Made by a program: the position numbers and the translations under genes. The notes beneath the pieces are model-generated. The model did not search any database. It was not told the DNA's origin and was given only the letters and a program-made list of their open reading frames with translations. This document shows positions 37,312-45,695 of a stretch of DNA of 64,000 bases, piece by piece. The number at the start of each line of letters is the position of its first letter. Positions within the stretch are counted from its first letter, which is position 1. This DNA comes from a virus (Duplodnaviria > Heunggongvirae > Uroviricota > Caudoviricetes), in the IMG/VR virus record IMGVR_UViG_3300021405_000008. One strand, written 5' to 3'.

Positions 37312-37460
37312 CAGATCCTTCCCTGGGGTGCGAGCGGGTTAATGAGCTCATAGAAGTTGTACGGTCGGATATCCCAGCCCTGATGCCGCATGCTCCAGTA
37401 CGGGTCACCAGGGCCCTGAGAGTTCGATGCGCCATTACCGTTGGCGAAGCTTCGGTTCAT
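37311..37460 (-). CDS. small protein, tandem paralog 1 of 3 (49 aa)
   Basis: MNRSFANGNGASNSQGPGDPYWSMRHQGWDIRPYNFYELINPLAPQGRI; not in ORF track because under 60 aa. Confidence 0.5.
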   Translation of the reverse strand: MNRSFANGNGASNSQGPGDPYWSMRHQGWDIRPYNFYELINPLAPQGRI

Positions 37461-37578
37461 TTCTTCTCCTTGGAATATTTGTGTCTGCCGCGAGTGAGGT
37501 GACAGAGTTGATCAGTCTCCTATCCCATTCCTCCGCAGACCCTGCCGCCCCCACTCGGTGGGAGACAGACGACATTGT

Positions 37579-38454
37579 CTAGAAGGGTGGTTCCTCGTCG
37601 CTACCCTGCGAGGTTGCCCGGCGGGGTCGCTTACCCGCTACCTTACCGGTTCGCGCGGCGCTACGGGCCGGAACGGGACGGCCGGAACGAGCGGCGGCGG
37701 TAGCGGTGCCCGGCTTAGCGGCGCGGCGCTTAGCGGGCCTTTCCGGGGCTGCCTCTTCTTCCTGGTCTTCATCCTCCTCGGGCTCGTCCTCATCCTCGTC
37801 CTCTACTGGCTCCGGTGCGGCCCTTCGCTTTGCAGCACCAGCCTTCGAAGTAGCGGCAGATTTCGCAGCGGGAGCGCGCACTCGCCTGGTAGGAGGGGGC
37901 TGCTCCTCTTCCTCATCGTCCTCATCATCCTCGTAGTCATCATCCTCCTCATCTTCATCTTCATAGGGTAGGTACTTGACCACGTTGACGCGCATTTCTC
38001 CGCCATTGTCGCGTTTGTTAGTGGTGATGATACGAACATCAGCGGACTCTTCGCCTGGGACCCACTTCCCTATCTTCTCGATTGGGGCACCGAGGTTAGG
38101 GTCATCCTCATCGCCGACGACGAACATCTTTTTCTTGACATCGTTCAGCGTCAAGCCGAATGCCTGGAGGAACGGGTACCATCGCCACTTACTCTTGGCG
38201 TTGAATGTGATGTTGTCCCAGACGCCCATCGTCTTGTACTTGCCGGCGTACTCGTCCGCTTCCCAGACAACCTTCATCATCCGGTCGTCACTCGCGGTGA
38301 ACGTCCACCATGCCTTCTTGATCCGCCCAGTAAGCAGCGTGTTGTTCGGGGGCATTGGTCCGGTATAAGGCTGGAACTGACTGTCCTCGTCATATTCTGC
38401 ATTTTCGAGTTCGTCGACATCGAACTCGTCATCATCCATGCGTAGCCTGGGCAT
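37579..38454 (-). CDS. protein with folded core plus poly-Asp/Glu blocks and Lys/Arg/Ala-rich tail
   Basis: 291 aa; EDEDEEDDDYEDDEDDEEEE and EDEDEDEPEEDEDQEEE blocks flanked by AAKSAATSKAGAAKRRA / AKRRAAKPGTATAAARSGRP. Confidence 0.5.
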   Translation of the reverse strand: MPRLRMDDDEFDVDELENAEYDEDSQFQPYTGPMPPNNTLLTGRIKKAWWTFTASDDRMMKVVWEADEYAGKYKTMGVWDNITFNAKSKWRWYPFLQAFGLTLNDVKKKMFVVGDEDDPNLGAPIEKIGKWVPGEESADVRIITTNKRDNGGEMRVNVVKYLPYEDEDEEDDDYEDDEDDEEEEQPPPTRRVRAPAAKSAATSKAGAAKRRAAPEPVEDEDEDEPEEDEDQEEEAAPERPAKRRAAKPGTATAAARSGRPVPARSAARTGKVAGKRPRRATSQGSDEEPPF

Positions 38455-38477
38455 TGTGGCCTACCCTTCGTTCTGTA

Positions 38478-38831
38478 TTATGAGTTTTCCGCGAGCTTAT
38501 CGGCTACATCGGCCAATGAGCTATCATTCCTGAGTAGTCCCTCAAGAAGTCTGTCCACGCGTCCGCGCTCGTGCAGGTAATCGGATCGGACGGTGTGCAT
38601 GTCGCTGGCACCCTGGTAGTGTCGCATCAGAGTATCGAGCATTGCCATGCCTACATCATTTGGTAGAGTTAGCGTCGGGCTTTGGAGCACGGAATCTTCA
38701 ATTTCCGTCCATGACTCCACATCTTTTTCCACTTTCATGAGATGGCGCTTGCTGCCGTACTCCCGGACGATGTAGATCCCTATAGCGTCGATATCCCGAT
38801 TGCTTATGAATACCTTGATACCGTCACTCAT
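38478..38831 (-). CDS. hypothetical protein
   Basis: 117 aa ORF. Confidence 0.35.
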   Translation of the reverse strand: MSDGIKVFISNRDIDAIGIYIVREYGSKRHLMKVEKDVESWTEIEDSVLQSPTLTLPNDVGMAMLDTLMRHYQGASDMHTVRSDYLHERGRVDRLLEGLLRNDSSLADVADKLAENS

Positions 38832-39171
38832 CTTTCACCACCCATGTAATAGCCTGGTAGTGCCAGTCTCCTACCTCGAACGAGGGTTTCACGTCCATTG
38901 CGAAGTAGAATGCATTGTGGTGATCGAGATCCTTCTGGTCATACTGACGCCATGTGGATTCCCACTCTGCACCGGGAGCACGTTTTAGCCCGTGTTCCGC
39001 TAGCCAGCGATCCGGGATATTCTCTATGTACCATTCACATGCCCGGACATCCTCGCATAGCTCTTTTGTGATGTCACTATGGATTCGCAACTCGCGGGGC
39101 CAGGGCATGCCGTTGTCTCCGAGACACCCATACTCATCATCGTGAAATTCCAGGTCTATATTAGTGTCCAA
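38824..39171 (-). CDS. hypothetical protein
   Basis: 115 aa ORF. Confidence 0.35.
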   Translation of the reverse strand: MDTNIDLEFHDDEYGCLGDNGMPWPRELRIHSDITKELCEDVRACEWYIENIPDRWLAEHGLKRAPGAEWESTWRQYDQKDLDHHNAFYFAMDVKPSFEVGDWHYQAITWVVKDE

Positions 39172-39376
39172 TTTCGGCCTGTATTCCAGCCTCGATCCGA
39201 TCGGACCATTCTAGAGCCTCACCACGGCTAAGTATGGTAGTACGGACTAGCGTGATACGAGCGCTGTCACAGAGGCCGCCGCTCTTCTTGTGAATGATAC
39301 GGTCACTCGTGCCGCTACGGGTAACTATTGAGTTGTGACTTGTGCACCTCAAGTAGGTATCCATTTGCACCACCAT
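39161..39376 (-). CDS. hypothetical small protein
   Basis: 71 aa ORF. Confidence 0.3.
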   Translation of the reverse strand: MVVQMDTYLRCTSHNSIVTRSGTSDRIIHKKSGGLCDSARITLVRTTILSRGEALEWSDRIEAGIQAEIGH

Positions 39377-40224
39377 TACTCGTCTTCATCCTCATCCTCG
39401 ATATCGATACCGCTGGACTCGATTAGAGCAACGATATCTTCCATAGCATTATACTCACCCTCTTCGACGTCATAGTACTTGCCCAGGCAGTCATACCGGT
39501 CCTTGGCGGTGTAGGGCGGGTAGGGCTGGGCGAGAATCCGTCGCACCGTATGCTTCTCGGTACTCGCAGTCTTGCTAACTGCGTAGTATAGTACCATGTC
39601 AGCTTCAGCACAGAAGTTCTGTGCCATGGTGAAGTTCTTGCCGACAATGTTGGGGAGAACAATTTCATCGCCCTCCTCATCATCCTTTATCATCGAGGTG
39701 GCGACCATAATGGAATTGTAGGGCGCATCGATGATATTCTGGATGAAGCGACTAAACATGTTCTGCCACTTCTGGTGGTCCTTGACCGCCGGAATGTCAA
39801 GGTCGCGGCTTACGTTGCGCTTGTTATTCTCCTTTAGAATCCAACGGATCAGGAGCTGCTGCATCTTCGTCACGGAGTCGACTACAAGCCAGTCCTCAGG
39901 CCCAAGCTTCTCCTCTGCTAGCTTGAGTCCGGCCACAACATGCTCCCAGCTCGGGGCATAAATAAGGCCAGCCTGATGGCCGGCCCTCTGTGCTGCTACC
40001 ACGCCCGTTTCGGTGCTGAGGAAGGTGGCGTTTGGCGCTCCTCCGGCTAGCACGGTCTTCCCGACACCCGACGGCCCGTAGATGATAATGTTCTTGCTCT
40101 TGGTGAATGCTCCAAGGTCTTCGATGGCAACATCGACGACCTCCACCTCCATACTCTGCGGCTCCTCATCAAAGGATGACTTTGCCCTGGGCTTCCGTGC
40201 ACCGCGCCGAGTCGAAGTAGCCAT
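39376..40224 (-). CDS. P-loop ATPase (RecA-fold, Sak4/AAA_24-like)
   Basis: 282 aa; Walker A IIIYGPSGVGKT; acidic C-terminal tail. Confidence 0.55.
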   Translation of the reverse strand: MATSTRRGARKPRAKSSFDEEPQSMEVEVVDVAIEDLGAFTKSKNIIIYGPSGVGKTVLAGGAPNATFLSTETGVVAAQRAGHQAGLIYAPSWEHVVAGLKLAEEKLGPEDWLVVDSVTKMQQLLIRWILKENNKRNVSRDLDIPAVKDHQKWQNMFSRFIQNIIDAPYNSIMVATSMIKDDEEGDEIVLPNIVGKNFTMAQNFCAEADMVLYYAVSKTASTEKHTVRRILAQPYPPYTAKDRYDCLGKYYDVEEGEYNAMEDIVALIESSGIDIEDEDEDE

Positions 40225-40308
40225 ATGCGCTCCCTAAGGGTTCCGAGGTAGGTCTAGTATACTCGCGCGGCCGGAACCGCGCTAGCGAATCGGAAAACTC
40301 AGACTGCG

Positions 40309-40512
40309 TTACGCTCCGAAGAATACCGGTGTATCTGGCGGCTTACCGTTCATATCCAGTATGGCCTTCACATCTTGCATCGCCTTGCGGTAGCCATCGG
40401 AATGGCCTACTCGATAATTATCCACAGGTGGATACGACGGCAATTCGAGCATGCGTTTTACAAGCACTCGAATAGTTTCCAGAGTTATCTGCTCGGCGGT
40501 TGGCTCGCTCAC
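40309..40512 (-). CDS. hypothetical small protein
   Basis: 67 aa ORF. Confidence 0.3.
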   Translation of the reverse strand: MSEPTAEQITLETIRVLVKRMLELPSYPPVDNYRVGHSDGYRKAMQDVKAILDMNGKPPDTPVFFGA

Positions 40513-41522
40513 GCTGCGCTCTTGACGTACCTGTCGAATGGATCAACGACATCGAAGTCTGCCTTCATGACTTCCTTCCATGCGTTGCTACCTCGCTCGT
40601 GCATCTTGCACGCCATGAAGAACTGGCAGAATGAGCACTCTTTAGTGGTGCTCTTTGTCACCGGGACGGTGCCCTCTATCATGCCCTTCATGAGCCACAC
40701 TTCATCTGCTAGCCGATCAAGCTGAGTCTTGCGCTCGCGCGCTGAGCGCTCCACTAGCTCGCGGACGTAACGGTCCGGGGGCTGCTTCTTGCTGACGGTG
40801 CCATTCTTATTGAGATACTCTCCGCCAGAATTCCGGGCCCGCTCATCCTCCATGGACTTCCGCAGGAAGTTGTATGTGATACCTGCGATCTCCTCGCCCT
40901 CTTTCAGGACACCCTCAGAGCGCAGAATAGAACCGGCTAGCGCCCAGTAGATTCCACCCTGGTCATCCAGCTCAAGATAGGCGAGCTGAATCTGGGCCGC
41001 GCTCTTGTGCTCCATGAGGTAGATCCGCCCATCGCGGCGGTCGCGGTAGACCCCATCCCACGTTGACATGAAGTAGGCAATTACTTTGCCATCTTTGATT
41101 ACGCGGACCTTGAATGGCCGTTCGATTGCAATTACTACCCAGTCTGGGTCTCTGCCGTACTCGTCAATGTATCCCTCAAGCATACTTACGCCGAGATCGA
41201 GTGAGTTTTCATATTTAGCCTCATCCATCTCTCCCCGATCGCGATCAGCATAAGATGCACGAATTTCTCGGACTTCCTCGCCATGCCAGGCCGCGAAGGT
41301 ATCGGCGGGATGCGGTCCACGTTTAAAACCTTTCAGGTACCATTCAGCCAGAGCCTCGTGAATACCGATCCCGAACCAGAGAGCATCACTAGCGCGCCGC
41401 TCGCGGTAACCTATGACGTACTGCCAGTACCAGCGCTGCGGACAGCGTCTGAAAGCAGAGCGCGAGCTAGTCGTTACTATCAGTTGACTTGGGTCGATTA
41501 TCTGCTTTGTCATCTGATTCAT
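40509..41522 (-). CDS. Cas4/RecB-family PD-(D/E)XK exonuclease with Fe-S cysteine cluster
   Basis: 337 aa; N-terminal Cys, D…EHK nuclease motif (IYLMEHKSAA), C-terminal CSFCQFFMAC (C-x2-C-x5-C). Confidence 0.65.
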   Translation of the reverse strand: MNQMTKQIIDPSQLIVTTSSRSAFRRCPQRWYWQYVIGYRERRASDALWFGIGIHEALAEWYLKGFKRGPHPADTFAAWHGEEVREIRASYADRDRGEMDEAKYENSLDLGVSMLEGYIDEYGRDPDWVVIAIERPFKVRVIKDGKVIAYFMSTWDGVYRDRRDGRIYLMEHKSAAQIQLAYLELDDQGGIYWALAGSILRSEGVLKEGEEIAGITYNFLRKSMEDERARNSGGEYLNKNGTVSKKQPPDRYVRELVERSARERKTQLDRLADEVWLMKGMIEGTVPVTKSTTKECSFCQFFMACKMHERGSNAWKEVMKADFDVVDPFDRYVKSAA

Positions 41523-41664
41523 CCTTGGCTACGTGATGCTTCCCGGATGCACTTGCCCAGCAAAACCAAGGCGAAGGATGCCTCGGATGCGTAGCGTATA
41601 CCGTGCCGTTTGGATCTACACTTACCATGGTGTTGCAGTAATGGCACGGTACCGGGCTACTCAT
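41467..41664 (-). CDS. small zinc-ribbon-like protein
   Basis: 65 aa; CHYCN…. Confidence 0.3.
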   Translation of the reverse strand: MSSPVPCHYCNTMVSVDPNGTVYATHPRHPSPWFCWASASGKHHVAKDESDDKADNRPKSTDSND

Positions 41665-41925
41665 TGAGTTCGTTGGCTCCTGCCCAAGACCAGAATTTGT
41701 CCTTGAAGTCTCCGCTAGCGATCCACTTATCGACTAGTGATCGCATATATTCATTCGGCAGGTTAATGATAACCTGGAATCCCGTCGGGTTATCCCCAGA
41801 TGTCACTTCATTCAGATGGTATGTCATCTGATTTCTTCTTGATCTGTCGTCCGCATGCGTGGCATTTTACCGCCTTGATTATGCTATTCCAGTATACAGC
41901 TTGCCTCTTGCAAGAATTGCACTTC

Positions 41926-42192
41926 TTATTCAAAGGTAATCTGATCCCTAGTCGTATCCGGAATTTTGACGTCCCACATGTGATCCCTCTGCCAGTCTAT
42001 AACTTTCTGCCGAGCCCCCTGTATAGCCTCCAGGTGATGCTCACTTGCACCGGATTCCTTACAGACTTCAAGATAGTATGCGAGTATCATTGGTAGCAGT
42101 GCGTCCTGGCCACGGAACAGGAACACTGGCTCGAAGTAGTCGATGCCTGTGATATCAATTTGCCCGTATTTGCTGTCAATTGCCATAACCAT
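41926..42192 (-). CDS. hypothetical protein
   Basis: 88 aa ORF. Confidence 0.35.
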   Translation of the reverse strand: MVMAIDSKYGQIDITGIDYFEPVFLFRGQDALLPMILAYYLEVCKESGASEHHLEAIQGARQKVIDWQRDHMWDVKIPDTTRDQITFE

Positions 42193-42300
42193 TCCTCTTC
42201 TGCGGGGGTATCAGCGTCACGAGCACAGGGCGACCATGTTGGCCATTTCCCGGCATATGCCCATCTACACCAGCATGTCAAGTCATGCCTCTCATCATGG

Positions 42301-42540
42301 TTAGCTCTCGGCATCAATGTTCTGCGTTAGTTTAATCCACTTCGGACCATTCTCTCGGTCATCGAAGTGAAATGTTAGGTCTACTGATTCGTCCATGACC
42401 ATACTGCCGTCAAATCGATGCTCTATGCCTCTAGCTATGGAAGTACTAGTTATCAGATCGGCATCGAATTCGATAGCGTACTTTTCTCCATTTATTTCTG
42501 CAGATACCACGGGTATCTGAATGATCACATCAATCTCCCG
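42301..42540 (-). CDS. hypothetical protein (N-terminus of track ORF trimmed to avoid RNA element)
   Basis: ORF 42301-42600; upstream part overlaps tRNA-like structure. Confidence 0.3.
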   Translation of the reverse strand, partial: REIDVIIQIPVVSAEINGEKYAIEFDADLITSTSIARGIEHRFDGSMVMDESVDLTFHFDDRENGPKWIKLTQNIDAES

Positions 42541-42552
42541 ACTTATGTGGGG

Positions 42553-42591
42553 TGAGCAGGGACGGAATTGAACCGTCATCCCATGCTGCTC
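42553..42591 (-). ncRNA. tRNA-like T-arm/acceptor minihelix (unresolved tRNA-like element)
   Basis: GACGG-TTCAATT-CCGTC T-arm followed by CCTGCTC-A; only 5' partner GAGCAGC lies 8 nt before T-stem; no D/anticodon arms found. Confidence 0.25.
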
Positions 42592-42777
42592 TCTACCCAC
42601 CCCTGGGCGCCCGCAGCAACTTTAGGGAGGATGCTGCTTGCCACACTATCCCGTGTGGCAGGGCGGACTCCACTACGCCCACAGCACCCTCCGGTCCGGG
42701 GAGCGTACGGGCAGCAAGATGCCCGGCGGATACTCCAGCAGGGACAAAGCCCGTCGAGCAATACCCGTACGCTCCGG

Positions 42778-42849
42778 TGGGGAGAGCAGGATTTGAACCC
42801 ACACTCTTGGCTTCGGAAGCCAAAGCTCTATCCATTGAGCTACCTCCCC
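42778..42849 (-). tRNA. tRNA-Arg (anticodon CCG)
   Basis: Cloverleaf: GGGGAGG acceptor, GCTC/GAGC D-stem, TTGGC-TTCCGAA-GCCAA anticodon arm, TTCAAAT T-loop. Confidence 0.8.
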
Positions 42850-42870
42850 GTGATGAGATCATTCTTGCTG

Positions 42871-43236
42871 CTAGATTTTGTCGCCACGCCACATACGACG
42901 TTTGGTAAGACGTATGACGATAGATCGCGCAGCCTCTAGTAGACTACCAGTATCCCCGTCCTCCATTTCTAGCTGAGTGAGGTAAGTGAGACAGTCGAGA
43001 GCCTCATCGAGCGCGTCAATTAGGGTATCCCTGCCATTGTAAGTCTGCAGGGGAACCCCGTACTTGCTGATGCCTAGCTCGCGGCGAGCCTCGATGCTCC
43101 GGATGATTGCATCGCGGAGTTCATCGTCCATCCCCATATCATCGTTCAGTTCGCGTATCATGTATTCCTGAACGTATTCCTTGCCGGGCGTCGGCAGGGG
43201 CTGGTCGGAAGCCGGATCTCTTACCTCACTCATTTT
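42871..43236 (-). CDS. hypothetical acidic protein
   Basis: Start taken at MSEVRDPASD to avoid tRNA region. Confidence 0.35.
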   Translation of the reverse strand, partial: KMSEVRDPASDQPLPTPGKEYVQEYMIRELNDDMGMDDELRDAIIRSIEARRELGISKYGVPLQTYNGRDTLIDALDEALDCLTYLTQLEMEDGDTGSLLEAARSIVIRLTKRRMWRGDKI

Positions 43237-43362
43237 ACCTCCTCTGTGACATTTTCTGATGGCCGGGAGTACCCCTGGAGAACTACTCCCGGCCAACACT
43301 GTCCTCGCGGATACAGCATCTCTACCCGACCGCGCAGCGTCCTGCGCCGAGCCCAGAGATCG

Positions 43363-43437
43363 TAGCGGGGGCCAGATTTGAACTGGCGTGTATGCAGATT
43401 ATGAGTCTGCTGAGCGACCATACTGCTCGACCCCGCC
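43363..43437 (-). tRNA. tRNA-Met (anticodon CAT; elongator-type or Ile-lysidine possible)
   Basis: GGCGGGG acceptor, GAGC/GCTC D-stem, GCAGA-CTCATAA-TCTGC anticodon arm, GCCAG-TTCAAAT-CTGGC T-arm, discriminator A. Confidence 0.8.
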
Positions 43438-43444
43438 CCGTGTA

Positions 43445-43969
43445 CTATCCTTCTGTAAAATCATCTATCGATGGAACTGAATTGACATCCGGGCATTTAC
43501 CGCATGGAGCTTCTGCCGACCCCAGAAAACGTCCACAGCTTTCACAGACCCAATCTGAGTCCGGGTACCGCTCGCCTTCCGGGAGCGGGATGTCGACATG
43601 GTATGGCGGTCGGGACTCCCCGGAGCCTGTTATCCTACCCTTGTAGATCTTCGGGGTGCCATCGGATATTTCCTTGGGTCCCACATCAATATGCTGTACC
43701 AGAGAGCTGTGATCTGTATACTGCTGAACTTCGATGGCCGGCTTCTCTTCGATCACTTCGAATTTGCTGTCATCGTAGTTGCGATGAGTTATGTGGTGCT
43801 GTGCCTCGGCAACATGCCGGCCGTTAGGCAGGCGACGAACTACATGCACACCAGCACCATACTGGTCCTCATGGCCGCCAACGATCCAGCTACCCTCCGG
43901 CAGTTCACCGCCGGTCTCATCAATGCCAATGATTCCATCGTGAACAGAGATATTAATCCTGTAGCTCAC
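43445..43969 (-). CDS. hypothetical protein
   Basis: 174 aa ORF. Confidence 0.4.
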   Translation of the reverse strand: MSYRINISVHDGIIGIDETGGELPEGSWIVGGHEDQYGAGVHVVRRLPNGRHVAEAQHHITHRNYDDSKFEVIEEKPAIEVQQYTDHSSLVQHIDVGPKEISDGTPKIYKGRITGSGESRPPYHVDIPLPEGERYPDSDWVCESCGRFLGSAEAPCGKCPDVNSVPSIDDFTEG

Positions 43970-44385
43970 GAGTGATTTCTCCTCCAGTGCCGACGGTAGG
44001 CAGACTTAGTTCGAAAGCGCGAGGGGGCATGATTGCTGCCAGGGACCTCGCAGTTGTGGATCTGTACGTTTTTGCCGTGCCTCTCCTCTGTCCTCCACTG
44101 ACAGTAGTAGAACGTTCCGCCACGCTTTGGCTCAGGAACATACGATATGCCGAATAGCTCCGTGATCTGCCTTCGATTTAGCTCAACTTTGGCAGAGAAG
44201 TCATCAATGGCTATCATGACCTGCGCGTAGCCATTATCAGGCATAGTTGTTATCCAGAATGAATTTGACCCAGTCAGATGGCTCAGTGTTGGTATTGATG
44301 GCATACCTCGGGTATGCGCACGGAGCTTTCTGATACGCGAAGACTGCGGACGAGGAGCAGACGACGTGCCCGGATATTTCCCCAT
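43966..44385 (-). CDS. hypothetical protein with Cys/His cluster
   Basis: 139 aa; YYCQW…HNC…H…H. Confidence 0.3.
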   Translation of the reverse strand: MGKYPGTSSAPRPQSSRIRKLRAHTRGMPSIPTLSHLTGSNSFWITTMPDNGYAQVMIAIDDFSAKVELNRRQITELFGISYVPEPKRGGTFYYCQWRTEERHGKNVQIHNCEVPGSNHAPSRFRTKSAYRRHWRRNHS

Positions 44386-44812
44386 TAGTATCCTTCACCG
44401 ACCACGGGTCTGGTATTGCCGGAAGGTGCAAGTCGCGGAGATCATCGCCGACGATCGCATCCCAGTCATACTTGGTGTTGATCAGGCGATTCATCCAGTA
44501 GCAGATCTCGGTGCGCTGCTCGTCGGTCTTCGGCTGATGGCGGTTCGTGACGGTGTACTGGCTCATGAGGTAGCCGGTCGCGTCCCGCCATCCTACGCCG
44601 CCTGGGCGGCCCTCCAGGCACCACCAGGTGCTCTTGGCATCGATGTGGTCGAGGACCGCAATGTGGTTGTCAAGTCCGGGCTCGCCTAGCAGCGTCGAGC
44701 CAAAGTTGATCACTTCGGCTGCTAGTCCGCTGGTGCGAACACAGAGTACATCTCCGGCTTGCACCCCGACGGTATTGTCAGGAAGCTTGAGGGCAGTTGT
44801 AGTGCTGGTCAT
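44237..44812 (-). CDS. hypothetical protein, possible Cys-peptidase-like domain
   Basis: 191 aa; translationally coupled (ATGA) to upstream PT-rich membrane protein. Confidence 0.35.
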   Translation of the reverse strand: MTSTTTALKLPDNTVGVQAGDVLCVRTSGLAAEVINFGSTLLGEPGLDNHIAVLDHIDAKSTWWCLEGRPGGVGWRDATGYLMSQYTVTNRHQPKTDEQRTEICYWMNRLINTKYDWDAIVGDDLRDLHLPAIPDPWSVKDTNGEISGHVVCSSSAVFAYQKAPCAYPRYAINTNTEPSDWVKFILDNNYA

Positions 44813-45489
44813 GAAGGCGATCCCGATGGTGCGGTTGAAGTGGGGGCGATAGTCGTCAGAGTGGGGGTTGGAGTAGCTGTAGTAGGGGTGTCAGTCGGAC
44901 TGGTAGGAGGGGTTGATACTGGGCTGGTGGGAGGCGTTGTCGTAGGCGGCGCTGACGTTGGGCTACTGTGCGTCGGGGGAGCGGTCGTCGGCGCGGCCGA
45001 GGTAGGCGGCGGGGACGTAGGACGGCGCGTAGGCGGCGTGGTCGTCGGTGCCCGGGTAGGGACGGCCGACGCGGACGGCGCGGCGCTTACCGTCCGGCTA
45101 GGCGTCGCAGAGATTTTACTGGTGGCTGTGGTCGTCGGGGTAGAAGTGGGCGCTGTCGTATCCAGGAAGACGTTGCTCGGCAGTTTCTTCGGCGCAGGCT
45201 TAGCAGCAGGTGTGATTGCGATGCGTTTGGATGGAGTTGCCGTTGGATCTATGAATGCCTCCACGGGGCTAGATACCTGTCCCTTGCTGCTGACGGTCGG
45301 GGTCGTCGGAGTGCTCGATGGGTTGCTCTCGAACCTGGCCACCCCGATGTACCCCGCCGTCGCAACTGTGCCTACCCCGACGATAAACAGGATGAGAATC
45401 GTCGCGTTCCGGTACGGCCATCTCAGTTTCTTCTTCTGCTTTACGATCGGAATCCCGACCGTATCATCATGCCCTATATTTCTTGTCAC
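44809..45489 (-). CDS. membrane-anchored Pro/Thr/Ser-rich protein
   Basis: 226 aa; N-terminal TM ILILFIVGVGTVATAGYIGV then about 150 aa PT/S-rich low complexity. Confidence 0.45.
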   Translation of the reverse strand: MTRNIGHDDTVGIPIVKQKKKLRWPYRNATILILFIVGVGTVATAGYIGVARFESNPSSTPTTPTVSSKGQVSSPVEAFIDPTATPSKRIAITPAAKPAPKKLPSNVFLDTTAPTSTPTTTATSKISATPSRTVSAAPSASAVPTRAPTTTPPTRRPTSPPPTSAAPTTAPPTHSSPTSAPPTTTPPTSPVSTPPTSPTDTPTTATPTPTLTTIAPTSTAPSGSPS

Positions 45490-45695
45490 AGCAGTCCCTC
45501 CTCTGGGATTGTATGCCGATTATCACTTATGGTCTTTCGGCTTGTGTCCGCAAACGCCGCATTTCCTCTTCGGAATAAGGAATGACCCGGTCATTATGCT
45601 ACTAGCAAGTCTCGCTGTACCTACGGTAGCATTGCCTGCTGCACTTCCACAGCATCTCTTGCAGTTTGAGCAACCAGTCAGAACTCGTCTCATGG

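Noticed and set aside
37706-37936. Poly-Ser/Gly ORFs on the + strand (also 50061-50396)
   Set aside because: They are opposite-strand shadows of the GAA/GAC (Asp/Glu) repeat blocks of the two acidic proteins.
42553-42591. attP core carrying a tRNA 3' fragment
   Set aside because: No integrase, excisionase or repressor-like gene is present anywhere in the window, and the flanking genes are ordinary leftward ORFs. A degenerate tRNA or regulatory structure seems more likely.
42547-42777. Phage tmRNA
   Set aside because: The T-arm and acceptor 3' end resemble tmRNA/tRNA, but no complementary 5' acceptor strand (GAGCAGG-like) exists within 230 nt, and tRNA-Arg blocks any longer span. The idea is kept only as an open question for a covariance-model search.
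42552-42939. Overlapping + and - ORFs (118, 123, 99 and 61 aa) across 42.55-42.94 kb
   Set aside because: They cover tRNA-Arg and the GC-rich structured RNA region. Bidirectional open frames over stable RNA genes are a classic artefact.
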